From Andalucia godoyi And28 (lineage: Eukaryota; Protista; Jakobida): DNA of 10,629 bases. The stretch covers positions 1 through 10,629 of the forward strand of contig VRVR01000064.1 in the NCBI GenBank assembly GCA_009859145.1. The letters run 5' to 3'. Position 1 is the first letter of the stretch. Each line of letters begins with the position of its first letter. Positions 1-7,786 of this stretch are shown in pieces. The translations under genes and the position numbers were made by a program. Under the pieces are notes generated by a model. The model saw only the letters and a list, made by a program, of their open reading frames with translations, ran no database searches and was not told the DNA's origin.

Positions 1-87
1 AACAGCAACTGGAAAAAACGAGGGCAAAGATGACCTCGGGGTCGGACAACGAATGCTCACCCTCCTGCAACTGTGCCGATTCTTTCA

Positions 88-153
88 GTGCGTTCTTTTG
101 TTTTAACATTTAACATTATTGATTCTATTTCTTCAACTACAAAAACTTATAAG
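88..153 (+). other. Putative spliceosomal intron (66 nt) joining an upstream exon to the kinase-nuclease ORF
   Basis: GTGCGT donor at 88, AT/T-rich interior with two TTTAAC branch-like motifs, TAAG acceptor ending at 153. The frame starting at nt 3 is open from the window edge to 87 (QQLEKTRAKMTSGSDNECSPSCNCADSF). A phase-1 splice joins it in frame to K-V-V-N-F-V-M of the long ORF. Confidence 0.55.
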
Positions 154-158
154 AAGTT

Positions 159-2636
159 GTGAATTTCGTCATGAATTCGGAAAGTCTAGTTCTGAATTCC
201 AAGCATCTACTTCTTGCGTCGAAACTCGCTGCAAATTGTGGATTTACTAAGCCTGGTGATGAATTGACGGCGGAACAACTTTTCTCATTATGGGCAACCC
301 ATGAAAAGCGAAATGTTCTTGTGAGCATTAAGTTTGTGAGTCGGTTGAAACTTTTGCTGACAGCGTTGCAACTGAGCGAGTCTTCTCCTTGGAGCCATTT
401 GGCTTCGAAATTCAAAATTGGGATTGATGGATCGCCGCTGCGCAATTACATTCTGGGGGACGACCCCAGCCAGAGAATGCACTGGATGATTCAGTTTGAC
501 AGAGTTGCCTCTGATATTTTACTTAGTCCTTCCTGCATCGCTGTTCCCGAGTCTTCTTCAGCTACTTCTGCCAAAAAGATGGGACCTTCGCAGGTCGGTC
601 CGGACCATTCCTCCGAAGAGCCAGTCCAAAAAACGAAGCAGCAGCATTCCAAAAAGCAGCCGAAAATGTCCAAGCCTAAACCTGGCTTTATCTATCGGAA
701 ACCAGACAACAGCCCGGAACCATTTCCCGCTGTCCCGCAAAGTAACGTTCTTCAACCAGAAATTCAATCTACCGGAAGTCAAACACCGATCATGGGGAAG
801 TTGAAACGCGAAGATCCAGTCAGTGGAATATCTGGGCAGTTGGAGAGGCCTGGGAAGAAGGGAAAGGTTTCGAAACCTGACCTGCTCTCACCAAACAATT
901 CGTCATCCTTGGCCGATCAATCTTCGGGAGGTCTTTCGTGTTACCAAGACATTGATTTGATGCGCAGGATTCCGGAATGCATGCAACAGTATTTGGAAGA
1001 CCCTCCAAAAAGTCTTCTCGTTCTTGTCTCCAATCAAGAGCTAACGAATGCAATCTTGAAATTTGATCACACCATCCCTCCGGCCAGAGCTTCGAAACGA
1101 GAATTGGTTGGAATACTTGCCAGCAAGCTGAAATGTCAAGAGGTGTTCTCAGGACTTCCTCGCCAAATCCTTCCTGTACCTGCTACTTCATGGATTAGAC
1201 CAACTTCAGACCGTCAACGCTTTTTGATAGAGAATTACAAGGAAATCATAACCATCGGAGACATCGAGATCGGTCGAGGTGCATTTGGTGTCGTTTTCAA
1301 GGGGGAGATGAAGGATGACCTCCAGAATGACCATTCCGAAACCGTCGCAGTCAAGAAGATCCAGGTCAGCCTAAGTAATCGTGAAAAGGTTGAGAAGGAA
1401 CTTGACAACCTCATATTGTCGTGTGGATCTGAATACTGCGTACCTTTTATCGGATATTATGAGCACGAATGCAAAGTTCATTTTGTTAGCGCGTATATGC
1501 AGTCCAAGTTGTCAATGGAGATTCCGAACCTTTTGAAAGACAAAAAGGCTACCTCTCTTGTGGGTGCACTGCACATTGTTTTACAAGTCGGAAGAGCATT
1601 GCAGTTTTTGCATGGAGAACGCTATGCACATCTGGATGTGAAACCGCACAATATTCTCATTTGCGGTCAACAATCTGCCAGACTGTGTGATTTCGGAACA
1701 TTGTGCGGAGCAACCGAAGAACAACATTTCACTACGCGCGGATATCATCCTCCCGAATATTTTGGTGACCTAAGGCGACTTGACTTGTACGGTTTGGGTG
1801 TGTGCTTGTACCAAATTCTGCGAGGCAGCCTCACGTTTCCTCCGAGTGACGTGAGACATGATCTGGGTGACCACTGGGCAGTTCGCGAGTGTCAGGGTCT
1901 TCTAGACATTGTGCTCGCTTGTCTGGATACCAAAACAACAATGTCGAGCAGCACCATTGTGGAACGCTTATTCGAATTAATAGAACAATTGTCAACCAAA
2001 GCTCAACGGCGAATTGTGTCTGCAAACAAGATTGTGGAGTTCGTCAGACAGAAAGTTGATCATTCGAAAGCGCACTATTACGTTGGAAAGAGAGTGCGGT
2101 ATTTGTCAGAATGGCGACGTGTCCGAATGATGCAACAACATCTGGAACTGGACTTGGGAAAACTGACTGAAGAGCAAATCGTTTATTTGGCGAGTATTTT
2201 GGATATTCAAACTTTGGATGGGTTTCCGATCAAGAATTCTTCGTTTAACCTACGCAAATTGAATCATCCTCAATCTGATGAGCGAGATACGGGGACAATT
2301 TACATTTATCGTCACTGCCAAACTGGAATGGGATATGTTGGGCAAACAAGCGATGCGCAGTCATTTGGGCAGCGCCACAAAAGTCATCGTAACGGCTCGT
2401 CTCTGTTTGATCGGTCGCTCAAGCGAAACGAAAATCTCTGGGAACGAGCTATTGTTGCTCAGGGTCTTGATCTGTACTCTCGGAACCGGTTAGAGATCTT
2501 GTTCATAATTATCCTGAACACGGTCTTCTTCTTTCCAGATGAGCCTGGAAATGGCGGACTCAATCAAGAGATTGGAGGGTTGTATAACATGACAATTGCT
2601 CTAAATCCAAAAACACTTGCCATGCTGGACCACTGA
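159..2636 (+). CDS. Multidomain protein: N-terminal globular region, low-complexity linker, HeH/LEM-like motif, Ser/Thr-type protein kinase, C-terminal GIY-YIG endonuclease
   Basis: 825-codon open frame (159 is GTG; first ATG at 171; probably extends upstream through the 88-153 intron). Kinase motifs at ~1251-1979: IGRGAFG, VAVK, alphaC Glu in KELDNL, HLDVKPHN, DFG, TRGYHPPE, DLYGLG. GIY-YIG motifs at ~2292-2582: GTIYIY, YVGQT, QRH..H, RLEILFI..LNT, GLN...GG. Confidence 0.9.
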   Translation: MNFVMNSESLVLNSKHLLLASKLAANCGFTKPGDELTAEQLFSLWATHEKRNVLVSIKFVSRLKLLLTALQLSESSPWSHLASKFKIGIDGSPLRNYILGDDPSQRMHWMIQFDRVASDILLSPSCIAVPESSSATSAKKMGPSQVGPDHSSEEPVQKTKQQHSKKQPKMSKPKPGFIYRKPDNSPEPFPAVPQSNVLQPEIQSTGSQTPIMGKLKREDPVSGISGQLERPGKKGKVSKPDLLSPNNSSSLADQSSGGLSCYQDIDLMRRIPECMQQYLEDPPKSLLVLVSNQELTNAILKFDHTIPPARASKRELVGILASKLKCQEVFSGLPRQILPVPATSWIRPTSDRQRFLIENYKEIITIGDIEIGRGAFGVVFKGEMKDDLQNDHSETVAVKKIQVSLSNREKVEKELDNLILSCGSEYCVPFIGYYEHECKVHFVSAYMQSKLSMEIPNLLKDKKATSLVGALHIVLQVGRALQFLHGERYAHLDVKPHNILICGQQSARLCDFGTLCGATEEQHFTTRGYHPPEYFGDLRRLDLYGLGVCLYQILRGSLTFPPSDVRHDLGDHWAVRECQGLLDIVLACLDTKTTMSSSTIVERLFELIEQLSTKAQRRIVSANKIVEFVRQKVDHSKAHYYVGKRVRYLSEWRRVRMMQQHLELDLGKLTEEQIVYLASILDIQTLDGFPIKNSSFNLRKLNHPQSDERDTGTIYIYRHCQTGMGYVGQTSDAQSFGQRHKSHRNGSSLFDRSLKRNENLWERAIVAQGLDLYSRNRLEILFIIILNTVFFFPDEPGNGGLNQEIGGLYNMTIALNPKTLAMLDH

Positions 2637-2696
2637 TCGTGTTTGTCCAAGTATTTCTGTGACACAGTGAACAAATGCTCTCTGATGTTCGGGAAA

Positions 2697-2708
2697 GTGT
2701 GTGTGTGT
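2697..2708. repeat. (GT)6 microsatellite
   Basis: gtgtgtgtgtgt downstream of the kinase-nuclease stop. Confidence 0.8.
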
Positions 2709-2804
2709 CTTTGACAGGCCCCACATGACCGATGTGTCGGTGCAGTGAAGTTTGGATGTATTGGTATTTTGTTTCGTATCAAAATGAGAAAAGTAAATTG
2801 CTAC

Positions 2805-3792
2805 TCATTTCTTCTGTTTGCAACATGAAAGAGACGTTCTGCTGATCAGTGGTCCGCAGATGACGCAAACGCGGCAAGTCGTTCCATCAGCTTCTGGACG
2901 TGCAAGTCGCGTGCAAGTCGCGTGCATCCGCTGTGCATGGTACCCGGCCAATTCGACAACATCCACCCCTGGGAACAATATGAATCGGGTGATATCGACC
3001 AGTGTGAGACGGTCTTGATGAGAGAGGTCTGAAGCCAATAGAGGGCCTTTTGCATGACGACGGGCATCCATCAAGAAAGAGACACGTCGTTCCAACTGAT
3101 CCGAGGCCCGCTGTCGATACCGCTGCTTCAACTGTGCCGCGCAGAACTCAGTAGTCTTTCTTCCTAAATTCGAACTGTAGCAAAGTCTATTTTCAAATGC
3201 GAGTGTATCATACAGGCGGAGGCGCATCTCACGGAACTGAGGAGTGCATCATCGGTCCTTTTGACCTTCTTCGAACCATCTCTCTTCCTTGTCAAGGTGA
3301 TTGTTCTTGTTCATCCGGTGTGGCTCAGGTACTTTGACACCATTTGGAGGAAATCCTGCTTCAGAAGTGGCATATTCCTCTGCACATTGCACACACTGCG
3401 GAGAGTGATACAGCCGCCTCTCCTCTTCTGGGCACAGCGCAGCAGGTCGTCCTGCCTTCCCAAAGAAGGAAACGGCTTCCTCGAGGACATCCATGTCGAT
3501 GAACTGGTGCAGTGCTTCCGAGATCTTTGCGCATTGCCTTTCCGCTTCCGTTGGCACGACAGGATGGAACGTTTGAGCCTGCCCACCGAGCGTTTCCACA
3601 AGCGCACGTCGCGCACAGTCAGAGCTCATCTAGGATCACATCGTAGTAGATGCCCACGTATTTGCACACGGTACGCTCGGGAGACTGCAGATCGTGATAT
3701 TTTGCACCATCAATGATATGCGCAAGGACGTCCTTCGTGAGCTGCGCGTCCGAATTCGACTGTTTTCGTGTTGGGGATCGTTTTTTGACCAT
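2805..3792 (-). pseudogene. Interrupted gene of unknown function (pseudogene, or a gene with unresolved short introns)
   Basis: ATG at 3792 opens 57 protein-like codons (MVKKRSPTRKQSNSDAQLTKDVLAHIIDGAKYH...DEL*, stop 3619-3621). A second frame is then open over 3629-2805 apart from one TGA at 3249-3251; the track ORFs 3249..3629 and 2805..3227 are the same frame. The sequence looks amphipathic-helical but has no recognisable motif. Confidence 0.45.
2899..2926. repeat. 11-bp tandem duplication (CGTGCAAGTCG x2.5)
   Basis: cgtgcaagtcg-cgtgcaagtcg-cgtgca, seen directly. Confidence 0.9.
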
Positions 3793-4035
3793 TTTGGTTG
3801 AAATTCGCTAAAAACGGCAGGAGAAAAGGCGCGCCAAACATTTTCTCCAGAAAACCGGCAAGAATACCTCCCGTCTAATTGATTTCCCCCTATTTTTGCG
3901 TCGCTAATACCAATAAAATGAGCAATATCAGATGACGATTTTTTAGCACGAAACGTATGAAGCAGGACGCGCTGAACACGAATTTGCAATAAAAATTGGG
4001 GGTTTTCAATGGGAATGACCCGACAATGACCCGGC

Positions 4036-5005
4036 ATGACAAGTGCGAAAAAACCGGCAAGATGTGGTGCCTTTCCAATACCAACGCATAGTCGCATCAA
4101 GGAGGTATGGAGCGATGACATGTCGCGCCTCGAAAAGATCGTAATGCTTTTTGTTTACTTTAATAACGTGAAACAATTCCACTCTGTTTTTTGGGTTAGA
4201 TATAGAACGCAATGTCAAAAGACCAAGATGATTTTAGTGACTTGGCCAGCACATTGGCGAACCTCGCAGTGAGCCCAAAGCCGAAATTGATTGAGAAGTT
4301 GCGGTTCCCACTAAATTACTGAAGGAAGAAATCTTACTCATTGCATTCAAAGCGGTGTTGGAAGAAGATGCGTCTGATGCGGAAACCAGGGATGAAGGAC
4401 CACCGGATCTGTTTCAAGTAAGCGAAGAATTAGTGATTTGGAACCGATTGTGCCGTGGCTTGGTCTATTCTTTTGCACTGAATGCCATGTGCCACAATGA
4501 TGAGAGTGAGTTTTGTCGGCATGAATACCGTATGATTGATCCACTTGTGTCCATTTTGCAATCCGCTCTGAAACCAGGATACGGTGTTCACTTGGAAAAA
4601 GCGTACGCTCATGCTTCGTCGAAGCGTTCGGACGTCGCCATCATATCTTCCAATGGTGCAACTGTTGTTCACATGTAACTCAAGTTGTCCGTTAAGGGCA
4701 AGCGTGTTGCATCACCTCAGCTGCTTCTTAATGCACAGAAACTTGCCAAAGAGTGTATTGAGAACCGACAAATCCGATGTTTCTTGGTCTTGATGTATGA
4801 GACTCAGAAAGGCAAACAATACGGGCCAGAACCTGTTTCACTTCAGGAACCAGACGTACAGGTGGACTTCATGAAGGACAAAAACATCACATATGACGTG
4901 GACGGTTTGCGTGTGAAATTGAGAATGCAAACAGACTACCAAGAAAATACTGTTCAGGACGGTTTTCGCTGCTTATTGTTTCGTGTGCAGGGAAAGACAT
5001 TGTGA
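4036..5005 (+). pseudogene. PD-(D/E)xK (restriction-endonuclease-fold) nuclease gene, inactivated by a nonsense codon
   Basis: Track ORFs 4355..4678 and 4685..5005 are one frame separated only by TAA 4676-4678. Read through, they give HEYRMIDPL...VHLEKAY...KRSDVAIISSNGATVVHM[*]LKLS...ASPQLL, which matches D-x(n)-E-x-K plus a downstream Q helix if TAA was GAA. The 5' part (ATG 4036, or ATG 4212 MSKDQDDF...) connects through intron 4141-4205. It then needs either a frameshift near 4292-4295 or a second intron at 4269-4324. Confidence 0.65.
4141..4205 (+). other. Putative spliceosomal intron (65 nt)
   Basis: GTAATG donor, T-rich interior, TATAG acceptor. A phase-0 splice joins ...SRLEKI to NAMSKDQDDF in frame. 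Size and composition match the 88-153 intron. Confidence 0.6.
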
Positions 5006-5424
5006 GTTACAACGTTATTCAATGTGTTTCTCTTTTCTCCTTCTCTCCTTTGAGTGTGCGTCAGACGAGAGATTGCATTAAAGAACCATAGCAATGTCGA
5101 TATTAGAAAATCATTCTTGCAAATCCTTTTAAAAACAAGGCAAGGGAATTAGGGCCAACAGAAAGGCCTGTGGGGCCCAATTAAGACTGCAAGCGTTTTT
5201 TTGCGATTGTAACTCTTTAGCACCAATGGTGATTGCCGTCGACCACTGTGCAAAATCGGTCAGTTTTGAATGGAAATATCACTTTGCGCATAAAAGTGCG
5301 ACAGATACTGCGATTCAGAATTTATTAATTGAGGTTTCACTGCGAATCGTCCAGGCGACGTCTACAAATCGTCGGGGAACAGAGGCGGTTCCCATCTTTG
5401 AGATGCGGCTGTGGGCTGCGCCGC

Positions 5425-6367
5425 TCATGGAGCAGTGTTGCCCGAACTTGACACCACAACCCGCTCCATCAAGTCATCATCATTGTCGTCAGCTCCATCT
5501 CCCTCAGAGGAGTCATCGTCGTCGTCCTCAGACGTGGAATCGTCTTCATGGACGTAACGCAAAGTCGCAACAGCTGGTGATATGTGTGTGCTGTCGGGAG
5601 GACGCTGGAGGTGCCGTACGACGTCCAAATAGCACTGAAATTCGCGTGTGCCAGTCGCCGAAACATCAGGAATGAATTCGGCTCCGTCTTCGTGTGCAGT
5701 CCGCGAGTCCAACTCATCATCTTCTCCCAGATGGAGTCCTGCTGCTTTCGTTGTCCGAAATGATTCGATCGAAATTCATGGATTGCCGCCGATCTGCTGA
5801 AGCGCTCTCCCGGGGAATCGCCGGCACAGTTGCGAGCACAGAATCATAGTCAATAACGAACTCTACGGTGTTGCAGTCGACCACTGCCTTCAAATACGTC
5901 TTTTCGAACTGAGCATGGTCTGCAGGCACGTCTCCTAGATGAAGCCTGTCGAGAATATCCTTGGTTCGTAATCGGGAGCCCTTTGAGGCTTTTCGTCGAC
6001 CGTCTAGGTGAATTCTCAAATTCCCGATGACACAGTTCCCTTGTGATGTACCTGTCAATTTGCTTGATTGAATGGATCAACTGTTCTGTAGACCCAATGG
6101 TGGATGTGCTGGTAGGATGGTTCGATATCCGGCCTGCTCGATGTGGCAGTACTTCGAGAATACTCGCTGCGAGCCAGGGGTGTTGTCTGGATGCAGCCAC
6201 AGAATCTCGTAGACAGCATCCTTGGAGCAACCTCGCTCTCGCGCAATTTCATTCATCGAGAGACCCCTCTTCTCTCGATCGTCAGTCATCTGCTGGCGAA
6301 ACTCGGCTGAATAGTGTGGCTTCCGTGTCTCTTCAATTCTTCCAGCAGCCTCTTTCCAAGATGTCCA
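5425..6367 (-). pseudogene. Frame-disrupted continuation of the AT-hook gene: HTH segment, globular segment and acidic tail
   Basis: Frame 6367-6077 encodes KPHYSAEFRQQMTDDREKRGLSMNEIARERGCSKDAVYEIL (HTH-like, 6322-6200). Frame 6058-5717 encodes a globular-looking segment (DILDRLHL...FEKTYLKAVVDCNTVEFVIDYDSVL). Frame 5712-5425 ends in an Asp/Glu-rich tail (EDDSTSEDDDDDSSEGDGADDNDDD). The junctions are not resolved. Confidence 0.45.
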
Positions 6368-7200
6368 TCAGGGTCTGTGGGCCGAATATGAGCATCGGCA
6401 TGGTACGCACCCGTCTGGAGCCCTGCCTGTAAAGATAGTCTGGCCGGCCCGGGGAGCTGCGAATTCAGTAGTGCGTCCCTGATAGTCTGCGGAGCATGGT
6501 GCGTCTCCGGCAACTTGTTGCACACGGCCTCCGCTGAAACGTCGGACACTCCAAACAGAGCTGCAGTCGTTAGGATGTTCCGCCCTTCTTCAACCGTGCT
6601 TCGCAGCGTCCGCTTCGAGGCCGTGATCTTCTTCTCTGCGTTCGCCATGTTCTTCTCTGCCATCAGCACGACATGCTCGTGCTGTGCTGCGAACGACGAG
6701 ACGTTTTCTTCCAACTTCGTCAGCTGCATTTTCGTCTCTCTTTCTCTTGTTCTTTGTTGCTGCTGCAGGAGCCGCCTTGTATTCGTATCGACGAGAGCTG
6801 GAGCAGGAACTACATTGACATTGGCCACAGGAAACTCCTGTGTGAGTCCCTGTGACGCATCCGCTGACCTCGAGCTGCTCCCTGTTGCTGCTTCTCCAAC
6901 AGGCCGAGCTGCGCTTCTTGAGCCTGCCGGTCTGCCTCTCTTCCGCTGCCGCCCGCTTGGAGGCTGGTCATGAATCGCAGATGAGGTACTCACTTGTGGC
7001 GACCTCTGGCACTTGGCATCTGTCGAGACTGTGACACCATCAGCCGTAGGTGCCGAATCGTCCGCCATTGGCTGGAGGCTTGGCTGGAGGCTTGGCTGGT
7101 GACCAGAGGCCATCAGGGAGACCAGATGCGCCTGCTGTGCTCGAATGTCAGCCGCTTTGGGCCTTTGGTCTGTCATGAGTACGGTATTCTCGTGCAACAT
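6286..7200 (-). CDS. AT-hook and coiled-coil protein (304-codon ORF, possibly the N-terminal part of a longer interrupted gene)
   Basis: ATG at 7200 lies 4 nt after an acceptor-like CTGACAG. RKRGRP AT-hook core at 6945-6928; heptad-rich helix RRLLQQQQRTRERETKMQLTKLEENV...AEKKITASKRTL. Confidence 0.6.
   Translation of the reverse strand: MLHENTVLMTDQRPKAADIRAQQAHLVSLMASGHQPSLQPSLQPMADDSAPTADGVTVSTDAKCQRSPQVSTSSAIHDQPPSGRQRKRGRPAGSRSAARPVGEAATGSSSRSADASQGLTQEFPVANVNVVPAPALVDTNTRRLLQQQQRTRERETKMQLTKLEENVSSFAAQHEHVVLMAEKNMANAEKKITASKRTLRSTVEEGRNILTTAALFGVSDVSAEAVCNKLPETHHAPQTIRDALLNSQLPGPARLSLQAGLQTGAYHADAHIRPTDPDGHLGKRLLEELKRHGSHTIQPSFASR
7068..7099. repeat. 12-bp tandem repeat (TTGGCTGGAGGC x2.7), coding QPSL-QPSL-QP
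   Basis: Seen directly; it preserves the reading frame of the minus-strand ORF. Confidence 0.9.
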
Positions 7201-7256
7201 TAGACTGTCAGTTTGTACGTATCAAATTAATGACGAAAAATGCGTGTGGGAATCGC

Positions 7257-7284
7257 AAAAAAAATAAATAATAATAATAAAAAA
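7257..7284. repeat. A-rich / (AAT)n simple repeat
   Basis: aaaaaaaataaataataataataaaaaa upstream of the AT-hook gene. Confidence 0.75.
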
Positions 7285-7786
7285 TCTAGGCACGCGCTCG
7301 TTTTATTGTGCGGCGGTGTGACGACGGTTATTTCCACCCCTAATCCGTGGCCTCAAGTCAATGGGCTTGAGACTAGGGTTATGTTGAGTGGGCATAGCGG
7401 AGAAGCGGGTTGCCCCTCGCTGTGACCATCTCACCCGGATCGGCCATTGGAACTCTTTGTCTGTGCGTGTCTATTTTACAATAAAGTCCAGAGAACCTCT
7501 TGTCACAGCGGGATGGAGCGGAAGTGGACGTCAAGTCACACTTCCAGACAAAACCGACCGATTTGGCACAGTGGCTGACGGCAAGCGTAAAAGGTGATAC
7601 TATTTTTGTATCTGCGACAGGTTGTTTATTAATTTACTTAATATGGGGTTTGTGGGTCGGGCCCGAGTCTAGTCAGAAACTACACTGTAATCCTAACCCC
7701 TAACCCTACACATCGAACATCGGACGTCGAACATATGTCCTTGGAGCCATCGCAATAGAGCCGCCCGTGAGAAACAGAAACAGTAA

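Noticed and set aside
2292-2582. Penelope-like retroelement, suggested by the GIY-YIG domain
   Set aside because: There is no reverse transcriptase, and the CxxC of the Penelope CCHH motif is absent; the fusion partner is a kinase.
3061-3170. FEFRKKDY*VLRG...CLFLDGCPSS in another minus-strand frame, resembling a pogo/DDE_1 second-Asp motif
   Set aside because: It is a single short motif in a stop-rich frame with no other DDE elements, and a much longer open frame overlaps it.
3261-3716. 151-aa plus-strand ORF and other short track ORFs (for example 6515..6973, 5226..5675, 6043..6432)
   Set aside because: They lie antisense to or overlap better-supported frames and show no motifs; they are probably shadow ORFs.
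3249-4678. Stop-codon reassignment (TAA=Glu at 4676, TGA=Trp at 3249), as in Blastocrithidia-type codes
   Set aside because: The three long intact ORFs contain no in-frame stops, all 13 Trp codons in the kinase and hAT ORFs are TGG, and the ORFs end normally at TGA or TAG. Isolated nonsense mutations are the simpler explanation.
4675-4738. Intron (GTAACT...CTTAATGCACAG) that would remove the TAA
   Set aside because: Splicing shifts into a frame that stops at 4793 and deletes the E-x-K and Q motifs, so it does not rescue the long frame. It is not fully excluded without RNA data.
7657-7673. Palindrome TCGGGCCCGA followed by CTAG|T, like a Helitron 3' end
   Set aside because: The palindrome is only 10 bp and 2 nt from CTAG, whereas Helitron hairpins are usually longer and about 10-12 nt upstream. 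No Rep/helicase is present.
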